Shown piece by piece: positions 28,527 to 38,432 of a DNA stretch of 64,000 bases. A model generated the notes under the pieces. The model saw only the letters and a list, made by a program, of their open reading frames with translations, did not search any database and had not been told where the DNA came from. The DNA comes from Clostridium sp. CAG:452 (GTDB lineage: Bacteria; Bacillota; Clostridia; TANB77; CAG-508): positions 169,276-233,275 of the forward strand of contig FR893523.1 in assembly GCA_000434035.1 (NCBI GenBank). Direction: 5' to 3'. The number at the start of each line of letters is the position of its first letter. Positions within the stretch are counted from its first letter, which is position 1. Position numbers and translations under genes: made by a program.

Positions 28527-30188
28527 ATGATAGAAAATAAAATACAAAGTGCAATAAAGTCTATTATAAGTATATATTCTAAAATGGAAGTAGAACTAAT
28601 AGAGAAAATTGCAGAGCATTTTAAAATAAATGAAGAATTTATTAATAGTGATTATTGGTATTTTGAAAAACTAAAAGAACTTGGAGGACTAAACAATGAA
28701 ACATTAAAGCTATTAGAAGAATATACAGGAAAAACAAAAAAGGAATTAGCAAAAGCAATGAAAGATATAGGCATAAGCTCTATACCTGTTGATCAATTAA
28801 ATATAGCAACACAAAAAAATGCTTTATTAAATCCAGAAACAATAATAAATAGTGCAAATATACAAAATATAATACAATATAGTTATGATGAAATAGAAAA
28901 ATCTTTTCTAAATTTAAACAAAACTATACAAGAACAAGTAAGGAAAACTTATACAGATATAATAACAGAAACATACATAAAAACAAATGCAGGTGTTTGT
29001 AGTTATCAGGAGGCAATATTAGACAGTTTAGACAAGCTAGGAGATAAAGGAATATCTATACTTACCTATCAAGATAAAAATGGCAATATAAAGAATTATG
29101 ACGTTGTAGGAACAGTAAGAAGAGATTTGTTAGTTGCAACGAGAGGTTTGGCTGGTAAAGTAAATGAAGAAGTAATAAAGGAAAGTGGCAATCACATTGT
29201 AAGAGTCACTAATCACTTTGGAGCTAGAACTGGAGATGGAGGAGAAGATTACACAAACCATGCTTGGTGGCAAGAAAAACAATTCTTTTGTTGGAACTAT
29301 GATGGAAATGCAACAGAAGAAGAAAAGAAATTACCAGATTTTATGGAACATTGCAATTATGGAGATGTTCAAGGTATAGTAGGAATCAACTGTAAACACT
29401 TATTTACGGTGTGGTATGGCTCAACTAAAAAGGAAGATTTAGGATTTACTTATGATGAAAATAAAGAAGAATACGAAAAAACACAGAAACAAAGATATTT
29501 AGAAAATGGTACTCGTAAATGGAAAAGAAAACAAGTCATAGCAAAGAAAGTGCAAGATGAAGATGGCTATAACAAAGCAAGTTTAAAAACAAAGGAGTGG
29601 CAAGACAGATTACATAAATTTACTCAAGAAAATGACTTAAGAGAAGATTATAGTAGACAACATGTAAAAGGCTATAAGTCAGTCAATACTAAAGAAAAGC
29701 AGTACATAGACATAACAGAAGAAATAATAAAAAAAGATAAACAAGATTTTAAGTTAATAGAACAACAATATTATATCAATGAAAATGGAAATCGATATAA
29801 TGTAGATGGTAAATATATTTTGTTAGAACCAACAGAAAGAGAAAAAGAAGTTGCAAATATGCTAGGTGAATTATATGGTGGAAATATAAAGATAATACCA
29901 AGAATAAATGAACCTAAAGGCATAAAGACTCCAGATTATATAGTAAAAAATAAAAGATATGATTTGAAACAAATTAGCGGTAGTGGAAAATATGTAATAC
30001 AAGGGAACTTAAAAGGAAAACAAAAACAAGCTGATAACTTTGTAATAGATATAACAAAATCAAAGATGAGTACAGACGAAGCTATTAGACAAGTAGAAAA
30101 TATCTACAACTCAAAACATTTTTTATGGTTAGATAGGATTATTTTACTTAAAGATAAAGAATTTCTAAAAATATATAAAAGAAAATAG
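28527..30188 (+). CDS. MuF/SPP1 gp7-like minor head protein with a C-terminal PD-(D/E)xK toxin-like extension
   Basis: The MuF-type core ends around GIVGINCKHLF. A K/E-rich linker follows, then a ~130-aa C-terminal domain with EREKEVANML...TPDYIVKNKRYDLKQI (E...PD...D-x-K). Confidence 0.75.
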   Translation: MIENKIQSAIKSIISIYSKMEVELIEKIAEHFKINEEFINSDYWYFEKLKELGGLNNETLKLLEEYTGKTKKELAKAMKDIGISSIPVDQLNIATQKNALLNPETIINSANIQNIIQYSYDEIEKSFLNLNKTIQEQVRKTYTDIITETYIKTNAGVCSYQEAILDSLDKLGDKGISILTYQDKNGNIKNYDVVGTVRRDLLVATRGLAGKVNEEVIKESGNHIVRVTNHFGARTGDGGEDYTNHAWWQEKQFFCWNYDGNATEEEKKLPDFMEHCNYGDVQGIVGINCKHLFTVWYGSTKKEDLGFTYDENKEEYEKTQKQRYLENGTRKWKRKQVIAKKVQDEDGYNKASLKTKEWQDRLHKFTQENDLREDYSRQHVKGYKSVNTKEKQYIDITEEIIKKDKQDFKLIEQQYYINENGNRYNVDGKYILLEPTEREKEVANMLGELYGGNIKIIPRINEPKGIKTPDYIVKNKRYDLKQISGSGKYVIQGNLKGKQKQADNFVIDITKSKMSTDEAIRQVENIYNSKHFLWLDRIILLKDKEFLKIYKRK

Positions 30189-30473
30189 AAGAAGTCAACT
30201 GTGAACCTAGAGGTTCTCAACTGACTTCTTTTAATAATATTATTAACTTAATTATACTATAAATTAAGCTAATAATCAATAGTTTATGCTGAAAAATATA
30301 AAATATTCACTGTCCGCAATGACGATAAACTACAAATAAAATAAATAATAGGCTTTCGTTTGAAAGTCTATTTTTTATACAAAAATTCGACTATATGCAG
30401 GTCGTGAATAAGTGCATAACTACATCGTGAACGAAAAACACGTAAAAGTTCGTAGTAGGAGAAAGGAAACATT

Positions 30474-31025
30474 ATGAAAAGAAAATTTTTAGAAGATTTA
30501 GGGCTAGAAACAGACGTCATTGAAAAAATAATGACTGAAGCAGGAAAAGATGTAACATCTTTAAAAGCCAGAGTAGATGATTTAACAGAACAAATAAATG
30601 TTAAAGATACTACTATTTCAGAAAAGAACAATAAAATAGCTGAACTTGAAAAAGTGGACGTCGAGGCTATTAAAACAGCTGAGTATGAAAGAGGCAAAAC
30701 AGAAGGTTCTAAAGAAATCGAAGTTTTCAAAAAGCAAAATGCTTTAGACAAAGCTTTATCTAAGTATAAAGCAAAAGATGCTAGTATTTTAAGTAAAATG
30801 CTAGACATGGAAAAGGTTAAATATAATGACAAATTTGAAATTGTGGAGGGATTAGAGGAACAAGTAAACTCTATCAAAGAAAGTCACGATTATTTATTTG
30901 ACAATGATAAACCTTTGCCAACATTTTCAGGTCCAACACAAGGACCGCAAGGAAAAGTAATAAGTGGAGATCCAGAAAAAATGGACTACAACACTTACAA
31001 ACAATGGAGAAAACAAAATAATTAG
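30474..31025 (+). CDS. Scaffolding protein
   Basis: 183-aa helical K/E-rich protein immediately upstream of the capsid gene. The RBS is AGGAG. Confidence 0.65.
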   Translation: MKRKFLEDLGLETDVIEKIMTEAGKDVTSLKARVDDLTEQINVKDTTISEKNNKIAELEKVDVEAIKTAEYERGKTEGSKEIEVFKKQNALDKALSKYKAKDASILSKMLDMEKVKYNDKFEIVEGLEEQVNSIKESHDYLFDNDKPLPTFSGPTQGPQGKVISGDPEKMDYNTYKQWRKQNN

Positions 31026-31045
31026 AAAGAAAGAGGTAATAGAAT

Positions 31046-32143
31046 ATGGGAAACACAATATTAACACCACAAATAATTGCTAATGAAGCATTAATGGTAT
31101 TAGAATCAAATTTAACTATGGCTAATTTAGTACATAGAGATTATTCAAAAGAATTTGTACAAGTAGGAGATACTATAACAGTAAGAAAACCAAGCAAATT
31201 TGTTGCTAAAAATTTTATAGGAGAAACAGAAGAACAAAATCTATCAGAAGGTTCAGTGCCTGTTAAATTAGATAGATACAGAGATGTTACAATCCCTGTA
31301 ACATCAAAAGAAATGACATTAGATATAAAAGATTTTAGTGAACAAGTAATTACTCCTGCATTAAGTGCAATTGCTCAAGCAGTAGACATTGATTTATTAA
31401 CAGTAGGAATTGAAAAAGCTGGTTCTAAAGTATCTGTATCAGCAACACCAGTTATAGGAGATATTGCTAATGTTGCAAAAGCATTAGATAAAAAGAAAGC
31501 TCCAAGAGATAACAACAGAAATTTAGTCTTAGCAGTAGATACTTTGTATAAATATAATACTTTAGATAATTTTGCTAAAGCATGTTACAAAGGAGATAGT
31601 GAAGCTTTAAAAGAAGCTGAAATTGGAAAAGTTTACACTATGAACTCATTTATGAGCCAAAATACACCTGAAAACACATCGGCAACAGCTGGAACTGCTA
31701 CTGCTTATAAAGTAAAATGTACAAAAGGAGCTATTCAATTCACTGTATCTGATGGCTCTGCAAAAACAGGTACTATTAAAGCAGGAGACAAATTAATCGT
31801 TAATGGCTATTTATTTGAAGTAGCAGAAGATGCAACTTTAGCAGATGGAGCAGGAACATTAAAAGTAACTGAAAAAGTACCATTTGCAATAGAAACACCT
31901 GTAAGTGCAATGCTTATAAATAAAGCTCACTCTTTAGGCTTCCATAGAAACGGCCTAGCTCTAGTAACTAGACAACTAGAATTGCCACAAGGAGCAGCTA
32001 AAGCAGCGATTGCTTCAGCAAATGGATTAGCTGTTAGAGTTGTGTTTGATTATGATTCTAAAACAAAAACTGACAAAGTTTCTTTTGATATTATCTATGG
32101 AGTAAAAGACTTGGATGATGATCTATTAGTAGACTTTGCATAG
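31046..32143 (+). CDS. Major capsid protein
   Basis: 365 aa. The N-terminus TILTPQIIANEALMVLESNLTMANLVHRDYSKEF...GDTITVRKP is typical of P22-coat-like/HK97-fold capsid proteins. Confidence 0.8.
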   Translation: MGNTILTPQIIANEALMVLESNLTMANLVHRDYSKEFVQVGDTITVRKPSKFVAKNFIGETEEQNLSEGSVPVKLDRYRDVTIPVTSKEMTLDIKDFSEQVITPALSAIAQAVDIDLLTVGIEKAGSKVSVSATPVIGDIANVAKALDKKKAPRDNNRNLVLAVDTLYKYNTLDNFAKACYKGDSEALKEAEIGKVYTMNSFMSQNTPENTSATAGTATAYKVKCTKGAIQFTVSDGSAKTGTIKAGDKLIVNGYLFEVAEDATLADGAGTLKVTEKVPFAIETPVSAMLINKAHSLGFHRNGLALVTRQLELPQGAAKAAIASANGLAVRVVFDYDSKTKTDKVSFDIIYGVKDLDDDLLVDFA

Positions 32144-32156
32144 AAAGGAAAAGGGC

Positions 32157-32561
32157 ATGACAAGTTATATCGATTATAATTTTTATGTAGATTCATATAA
32201 GGGCGACATGCCCGAAGAAAATTTTGAAAAATTAGCATTAAGAGCAAGCGCTGAAATACAAAGAAATATTTTTAATAGAGATATAGAAAAATATAAAGAT
32301 GAAGTACAAATGGCAACTTGCTCTGTTGCTGATATTTTGTTTAAAATTGAACAATTAGAATCAAGAAAAAATAAGTTAGTAAGTAGCAATGCTAATGATA
32401 AAGTTGTTTCTAGTGAAAGCGTAGGCGATTTATCAAGAACATTTGCAAACACTACTAACTTAACTGACCTTGAAAAAGAAATTTCTAACCAGAAAAATAA
32501 GATACTAGAAGAAATTAGATTATATCTATTACATACAGGCTTATTATATAGAGGTGTTTGA
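32157..32561 (+). CDS. Head-tail connector (gp6-like)
   Basis: Assignment rests on position after the capsid gene. ATG at 32157; the track TTG at 32136 overlaps the capsid gene. Confidence 0.45.
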   Translation: MTSYIDYNFYVDSYKGDMPEENFEKLALRASAEIQRNIFNRDIEKYKDEVQMATCSVADILFKIEQLESRKNKLVSSNANDKVVSSESVGDLSRTFANTTNLTDLEKEISNQKNKILEEIRLYLLHTGLLYRGV

Positions 32562-32562
32562 T

Positions 32563-32961
32563 ATGGAAGATATGTTTGACAAAGATATAACCATAATAAA
32601 TCAATATATAGACAGTGACCATAAGAAAGCATACAAAGTAAGCTATGTGAAAGGCTTTTGGAGTTCTAATGATGGAGTATCTATAAATGGGACACAATTA
32701 ACTAAAAGTGATGGTTTATCCGCAAGAATATTAATGAATGATAGTAGAAATAAACCATATCAAAAGCCAGAAGAGTTTAAAAAGGAGCAAAAAACGTGGA
32801 CATTGCAAAACGATGATTATCTAGTAAAAGAGAAAGTAGAAGACTTTACTACTATAATTAAATTATTAGAAAATTATCAAGATGTAATAAAAATTACTAA
32901 TATTGCTATTAAAGACTATGGCTCAGAAGATATGTGGCATTTTGCTATAACAGGAGCTTAA
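32563..32961 (+). CDS. Head-tail joining protein
   Basis: ATG at 32563 after AGAGGTG. Assignment by position. Confidence 0.4.
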   Translation: MEDMFDKDITIINQYIDSDHKKAYKVSYVKGFWSSNDGVSINGTQLTKSDGLSARILMNDSRNKPYQKPEEFKKEQKTWTLQNDDYLVKEKVEDFTTIIKLLENYQDVIKITNIAIKDYGSEDMWHFAITGA

Positions 32962-32962
32962 T

Positions 32963-33412
32963 ATGAAGTTGGATTATATGGTAGCTTTTAGTGGTATTCA
33001 AAAACAACAAATCATAGATAAATATGGTCTTGAAGGTGGAAGGACACAAAAAGTAATCGACAGCAGTTTTATGGGATATGTTGATAAGTATATGCCACAA
33101 GATAGCAATCAAATGATAACAAGTATGTATAATTCCACAAAAATTGGAAGTGGAGAAATTAATATAAACACACCCTATGCTCATTATCAACACGAGGGTG
33201 TTTTATATGTTGATCCTAAATACAAAAAAGGTGCTTTTCATGATCCTATAAGTGGCAGGTATTGGAGCAGACCTAATATTAAGAAGGTTCCAAGTGGTAA
33301 AAAATTAAATTATCATGGAGGAGCTCTAAGAGGAGACCATTTTGTAGAAAGAATGTTGGCAGACCATTTTGAAGATATATTAAATGCAGGTCAAAAGGAG
33401 ATAGATAAATAA
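32963..33412 (+). CDS. Head-tail joining protein (HK97 gp10-like)
   Basis: PYAHYQHEG motif. Assignment also by position. Confidence 0.4.
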   Translation: MKLDYMVAFSGIQKQQIIDKYGLEGGRTQKVIDSSFMGYVDKYMPQDSNQMITSMYNSTKIGSGEININTPYAHYQHEGVLYVDPKYKKGAFHDPISGRYWSRPNIKKVPSGKKLNYHGGALRGDHFVERMLADHFEDILNAGQKEIDK

Positions 33413-33837
33413 TGTCAGAAGAAAAAGCGATGATAGAAAAAGTAAGAGATTATATGGCTAAATGCCCGTATTTAGATAAGTATGCAGAGTTGAATGTAGA
33501 ATATTTAGTAGATAAAGTTAAAGCTTATTCCATAAATGAAAATGCAGGATATAATCCAATACTAAACAAATTCTTAAGAGGTTCTGAAAGACAGTTTTTG
33601 TTTACTTTTGATAGTAAATTACATTGGAACGAAGATATACAAAACAATATAGATAATTCTAAAACATTTGAAGACATAAGAAATTGGTTAGAAAATAATA
33701 AAAAGGAAAAAATTTTTCCAGGCATACCTGGGGTATATGACATTGGTGCGACTACAAATGGCTATATATTTGCTACTAATGCAAATGAAGCAATTTATCG
33801 TATCCAATGTTTTTTATATTATTTTAAGGAGGAATAA
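33412..33837 (+). CDS. Tail completion / head-tail joining protein
   Basis: Assignment by position, before the major tail gene. Confidence 0.35.
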   Translation: MSEEKAMIEKVRDYMAKCPYLDKYAELNVEYLVDKVKAYSINENAGYNPILNKFLRGSERQFLFTFDSKLHWNEDIQNNIDNSKTFEDIRNWLENNKKEKIFPGIPGVYDIGATTNGYIFATNANEAIYRIQCFLYYFKEE

Positions 33838-33839
33838 AA

Positions 33840-34358
33840 GTGGTAAATTTAACAAAAATAAATAGAGATGAATTAGTTGAATTTTTAAATACAAAGCCAA
33901 AAGAGCAGACAGCAAACTGGGCATTGATTGGCGTGGGAATAACTGATAAATCTACAGACTACAATGCTGAAAAGACAGAAGAAAAATGGATTATACATAG
34001 AAACAAAAATGTAACTGTAGATAGTTATGGCTTAACATCAGGAGTAGAACAAACATGCTACAAAGGTGATGAAGTATTTGAATTTATAGACAATATAAGA
34101 TATAGATTATTGACTGGTTCAGATGCTGAAACAAGCTTATTAGAAATAGATAAATATAGTGTTGATGAAGCTGGAAGTACACCAAAATATAGAGCAAGAT
34201 TATGGACAGTTTCAATAGAAATAGGCTCTAATGGTGGAGATAGTGCAAAAATAAATTATACAATAAACTATACAGGGGACCCAACGTTTGGAACAGTTAC
34301 ATTTGCAAACGGAAAACCTACATTTGCAGAAGAAACAAAAGAAGAGACAGGAAATTAA
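33840..34358 (+). CDS. Major tail protein
   Basis: GTG start after AAGGAGG. 172 aa. It is the last structural gene before the chaperone and tape-measure block. Confidence 0.5.
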   Translation: MVNLTKINRDELVEFLNTKPKEQTANWALIGVGITDKSTDYNAEKTEEKWIIHRNKNVTVDSYGLTSGVEQTCYKGDEVFEFIDNIRYRLLTGSDAETSLLEIDKYSVDEAGSTPKYRARLWTVSIEIGSNGGDSAKINYTINYTGDPTFGTVTFANGKPTFAEETKEETGN

Positions 34359-34458
34359 ATAAAAAAACATATAAATACATTGTAATTGCAAAATTCGACA
34401 ATTTTTTCAATTACAATGTATTATACTTCTTTTATATATTATAAAAGGAGGAATAATT

Positions 34459-34917
34459 ATGGCAATGAAAGTATGCAAAGATTGTGGGACAGAAGTAAGT
34501 AAAAGTGCTAAAGTGTGCCCTAAATGTGGTAAAAGATTAAAAAATACAGTTTTAAGAGTCATTTTAGGGATATTAGTTATTGTTATTGGAATTGGAGCAA
34601 TAGCAAGTGGAGGAGATAGTTCTGTACAAACAAGTAACAACAATAAACAAGAAAAATTTACTCTTATATCAGATAAAAAGACAACAGATGCCGTAGGAAC
34701 AACTTATATAGAAGGGGAAATAAAAAACAATACGGACAAATCATATTCTTATGTACAAGTAACATTTAACCTATATGATGATAATGGAGCACAATTAGGA
34801 ACTGCTGTTGACAATATAAACAATTTAGAGCCAAATGCAACTTGGAAATATAAAGCATTAGGTTTAGTTACTGAAAAAGTGTCAAGCTATAAACTTGTAG
34901 AAATAACAGGTTGGTAA
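34459..34917 (+). CDS. Zinc-ribbon / single-TM / FxLYD-domain membrane protein (moron in the tail module)
   Basis: CKDCG...CPKCG zinc-ribbon, TM segment VLRVILGILVIVIGIGAIA, and an extracytoplasmic domain with VQVTFNLYDDNGAQLG (FxLYD motif). Hairpins flank it on both sides. Confidence 0.7.
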   Translation: MAMKVCKDCGTEVSKSAKVCPKCGKRLKNTVLRVILGILVIVIGIGAIASGGDSSVQTSNNNKQEKFTLISDKKTTDAVGTTYIEGEIKNNTDKSYSYVQVTFNLYDDNGAQLGTAVDNINNLEPNATWKYKALGLVTEKVSSYKLVEITGW

Positions 34918-34932
34918 AATAATAATTTTATT

Positions 34933-34963
34933 AAAAAAACACTAGAAAGACTAGTGTTTTTTT
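34933..34963 (+). terminator. Rho-independent terminator after the FxLYD moron
   Basis: ACACTAG-AAAGA-CTAGTGT followed by TTTTTT. Confidence 0.6.
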
Positions 34964-34977
34964 ATTATGGAGGAAAC

Positions 34978-35481
34978 ATGGAAAATTATATAAAAATTAA
35001 GCCTAAAAAAGATATTTTAAAATTAGGCATAATGGATGAAGAGGATAATATTGTTAAGGACAATAATGGAAATGAAATATATTTAGAGTTTGATTTGGCA
35101 GATATAGATTTACCAATAAAATATAATAAATGTGTAGGAATGATAAATGAAGCAAAAAAAGAATTAAAAATGCAAATGGTAATAATAGATAAAAAGCAAG
35201 ACCATAAAGGTAAAGGTTATTTAAGCCAGAATGAAGAAGCTAAAGTAAAAGCAATTAGAAGTTTTTATAAAAAAATGGAGACGGCAATGGACTTATTTTT
35301 AGGCGAAGGTGGAACGAGAAAATTTTTAAATGGAAGAAAGCCTTATTATGAAATGTTTGATGATATAGGTGAAGCATTAAAACCATACGAAGACAAATTT
35401 AGATTAACAATAACAGATATGACAGAAAGAATAAAAAATAAATACAAAGTAGTTGAGAGCGATGTGTTAACTGATGAATAG
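34978..35481 (+). CDS. Tail assembly chaperone (putative)
   Basis: Assignment by position upstream of the tape-measure gene. ATG at 34978 after GGAGG. Confidence 0.45.
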   Translation: MENYIKIKPKKDILKLGIMDEEDNIVKDNNGNEIYLEFDLADIDLPIKYNKCVGMINEAKKELKMQMVIIDKKQDHKGKGYLSQNEEAKVKAIRSFYKKMETAMDLFLGEGGTRKFLNGRKPYYEMFDDIGEALKPYEDKFRLTITDMTERIKNKYKVVESDVLTDE

Positions 35482-36037
35482 TTATGTTGAATATGCATTA
35501 GTTAATAATAAAAAATATAAAATAAATACAGATTTTAGGGTAGCATTGAAGTGTAATGAAGTAGCTGAAAGCAATGTTTCGGAAGAAGAAAGAGCATTGG
35601 CAATAATATATTTATTATTTGGGGAGAAAGGCTTGAGTAATTCAGATGATTGGGAAGGACTACTAAAAATTGCTACAAAATATTTAAACATAAAGAAAGA
35701 GAATAATAGCGAAGAAAAAGAAGCAAATATGTCTTTTGAAGAAGATTGGGGATATATACAAGCTTCTTTTTTTAGTGATTACAATATAGATTTATCAAAA
35801 ACAAAAATGCACTGGTGGCAGTTTTTTGATTTGCTATGTGGATTGACTGAAAAATGCGTATTTAATAGAGTTAGGTTTGTTAGGGATTTTGATATTAGTC
35901 AAATAAAAGATAGCAAAGAAAGAGAAAGATGGATTGAACAAAAAAAACAAGTAGCTTTAAAGATTAAAGATACAAGCAAGACAGCAGAGCAATTACGACT
36001 AGATAGACTTTTCGAAGAGCAACTAGAAGGTAGGTGA
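35474..36037 (+). CDS. Gp15-like phage tail-associated protein
   Basis: Second small gene before the tape measure. It has its own ATG, overlapping the previous stop. Confidence 0.45.
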   Translation: MNSYVEYALVNNKKYKINTDFRVALKCNEVAESNVSEEERALAIIYLLFGEKGLSNSDDWEGLLKIATKYLNIKKENNSEEKEANMSFEEDWGYIQASFFSDYNIDLSKTKMHWWQFFDLLCGLTEKCVFNRVRFVRDFDISQIKDSKERERWIEQKKQVALKIKDTSKTAEQLRLDRLFEEQLEGR

Positions 36038-36042
36038 TGTAG

Positions 36043-38046
36043 TTGGATGGTTACCTAAAAATTAAAACTAAAATAGATAACAAAGATGTAGACAAAGGAA
36101 TAGAAGAATTAGAAAATAAAGTGAAAAAATTGCAAGAAGATAATTCAAAATCAGGTACAGAACAAAATCTATTACAAAAAGAATTAGAGAATTATAAAGA
36201 ATTGCAGGCAAAAGCAGATTCATATAAGCAAAAAATAAAAGAATTAAAAGCAGAAAAGATGGCTATGTTTAAAAATAATAGTGCTCTTGCTGTTTCCGTT
36301 GATACTCCTGAATATGCAAACATAAAAGCGCAAATTGCAGATATGAAACAAAAATACACACAAGCAACTGCTGAAATAGATAAACAAAGTCCAAAAATAG
36401 AAAAAGTTTATAGTAAATTAGATAAGATAAAAGCAAAGCAAACTGAAAATAATGCAAAAATACAACAATTTAAATCAAAAATAGAATCAATAAAAGCCAA
36501 CAACGTTAGAAGCTCTATAGATGGAATAGGTAAAAGCATAACCGGTCAAATATCTAAAATAGGAAAAATGGCTATAGCCGTAGTAGGAATTAGGACAGCA
36601 TGGGGTGCTGTAAGAAGTGCGATTAATTTAGTTAGTCAATACAATCCACAGATGTCAGCAGACTTGCAATACATGGGGTATTGCATTGCTAATATAGTAG
36701 CACCAGCAGTTCAATGGCTTACTAGGTTATTGTATACAGCTTTAAGTTATATAAATGCAATAATGCAAGCTTGGTTCGGAATTAATATATTTGCAAATTC
36801 AAGTGCAAAAGCATTTAAGAAAATGCAATCAAGTGCAGGAGGAACAGCAAAATCTGCTAAAGAAATACAAAAATCATTGCAAGGCTTTGACGAAATGAAT
36901 GTATTGTCAGACAATTCAAATGATTCTTCAGGAGGCAGTGGTATTGCAACACCGAGTATGGATTTAAGTAATATGCAAGGAGAAATACCAGAATGGCTAA
37001 AATGGATTATAGACAATAAAGATTTAATTTTATCGGTTATTTCAGGAATTACAGTTGGACTCTTAGCATGGAAATTAGGTTTAGATGGAATAAAAGCATT
37101 AGGAATAGGGGTACTAATATCAGGAATTGTATACACAATCCAAAGTTTAATTTCATATTTAAATGATGGATCTTGGGAGAATTTTGGAAAAATAATTCAA
37201 GGAATTGGTGTAGCCTTATTAGGACTCGCAATAGTAATAGGTAGTGTCCCATTAGCTGTTGCAGGAGCTATTACATTAATTGTAGGAACTATAGTTAAGT
37301 ACTGGGAGCAAATAAAGGCATTCTTACAAAATGGAATTGACTGGCTAACAGGTAAAAGTGATTGGGTCCATGAAATGTTTGGAGACACTATTGGAAATAT
37401 ATATGATATGTTTGTTAATAGCTTGCAAAACTTATTAAATTTATTCGATAGTATATTTACAATGGTAAAGGGAATATTTGATGGATTTATAATGTTTATC
37501 AAAGGTGTATTTACTGGCGATTGGAAAATGGCTTGGGAAGGAATAAAAAAAATCTTTACAAGTATTTGGGAAGGAATAAAAGGAGTGTTCTTTGCTGTTT
37601 GGAATCAAATAAAAAATGTTGTAGCAACTGTTGGAAAAACAGTAGGAAACATTATAGCGAATACATTTAAAGCTGTTGTAAATGGAGTTTTAAGAGCAAT
37701 TGAAAGCATATTAAATTTTCCTATAAAGTCAATTAATAGGTTAATTGGAGTAATAAATAATGTGCCAGGAATTAATTTGGGTTATTTAAGTACTTTTAAT
37801 TTACCGCGACTTGCAAAAGGTGGTATTATTTCTCAACCTACGCAAGCAATTATAGGAGAAGCAGGAAGAGAAGCGGTTGTACCCTTAGAAAACAATATGG
37901 AATGGCTAGATATACTAGCAGATAAACTTGCATCAAAAATTGGAGGCAATGGGGGCTCTTATATAATTAATATGGATGGTAGAGTAATACAAAGAGGAAT
38001 TGCAAAAAGACAGCAAGAACTAGCTTTTGTTAGAAACGGGAGGTAG
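36043..38046 (+). CDS. Tail tape measure protein
   Basis: 667 aa with an N-terminal coiled coil, central glycine-rich TM-like segments, and W/F-periodic repeats (WEGIKKIFTSIWEGIKGVF). TTG start. Confidence 0.85.
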   Translation: MDGYLKIKTKIDNKDVDKGIEELENKVKKLQEDNSKSGTEQNLLQKELENYKELQAKADSYKQKIKELKAEKMAMFKNNSALAVSVDTPEYANIKAQIADMKQKYTQATAEIDKQSPKIEKVYSKLDKIKAKQTENNAKIQQFKSKIESIKANNVRSSIDGIGKSITGQISKIGKMAIAVVGIRTAWGAVRSAINLVSQYNPQMSADLQYMGYCIANIVAPAVQWLTRLLYTALSYINAIMQAWFGINIFANSSAKAFKKMQSSAGGTAKSAKEIQKSLQGFDEMNVLSDNSNDSSGGSGIATPSMDLSNMQGEIPEWLKWIIDNKDLILSVISGITVGLLAWKLGLDGIKALGIGVLISGIVYTIQSLISYLNDGSWENFGKIIQGIGVALLGLAIVIGSVPLAVAGAITLIVGTIVKYWEQIKAFLQNGIDWLTGKSDWVHEMFGDTIGNIYDMFVNSLQNLLNLFDSIFTMVKGIFDGFIMFIKGVFTGDWKMAWEGIKKIFTSIWEGIKGVFFAVWNQIKNVVATVGKTVGNIIANTFKAVVNGVLRAIESILNFPIKSINRLIGVINNVPGINLGYLSTFNLPRLAKGGIISQPTQAIIGEAGREAVVPLENNMEWLDILADKLASKIGGNGGSYIINMDGRVIQRGIAKRQQELAFVRNGR

Positions 38047-38048
38047 AT

Positions 38049-38432
38049 ATGTTAGTAGATAAAAATAGTTTAATAATAGACGGAGTTAAAATGGCTCAAT
38101 ACATAACAAAGGCTAAATTTGGCTATCACAAAATCTGGGGAAAGGATACAGGCAGAGCACTGTCAGGAGATAATTCTGGAACATTGAAAGGTATATATCC
38201 TAAAATAACCATGACTTTTAGAAAATTAAATGATGAAGAGATAAGCATAGTCCTATCTCTTTTTAATAAGGCTGAAAACAAAGTGACATTTTATAACCCA
38301 GATTTGAAGAAAAAAATACAAAATATGTCTTGCTATTCAAATGACCAGGAGTATGATCAGTCACTTCTAGGAAAAATTGAAGGTTATAGCAGTGCAGTGA
38401 TTTCAAACAAGAAAAGGGAGTATTATGAATGA
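38049..38432 (+). CDS. Small tail component (distal-tail-like)
   Basis: Assignment by position, between the tape measure and the tail-tip protein. Confidence 0.35.
   Translation: MLVDKNSLIIDGVKMAQYITKAKFGYHKIWGKDTGRALSGDNSGTLKGIYPKITMTFRKLNDEEISIVLSLFNKAENKVTFYNPDLKKKIQNMSCYSNDQEYDQSLLGKIEGYSSAVISNKKREYYE

Noticed and set aside
30368-30877. 169-aa minus-strand ORF. I considered it as a possible immunity gene for the MuF toxin domain.
   Set aside because: It is almost entirely antisense to the scaffold gene, has no RBS and has antisense-type S/L/F-rich composition. It is not a credible immunity gene.
35440-35485. Programmed -1 frameshift between the two genes upstream of the tape measure (the gpG/gpGT paradigm)
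   Set aside because: I found no slippery heptamer near the end of 34978-35481. The downstream gene has its own ATG and a full-length independent ORF.
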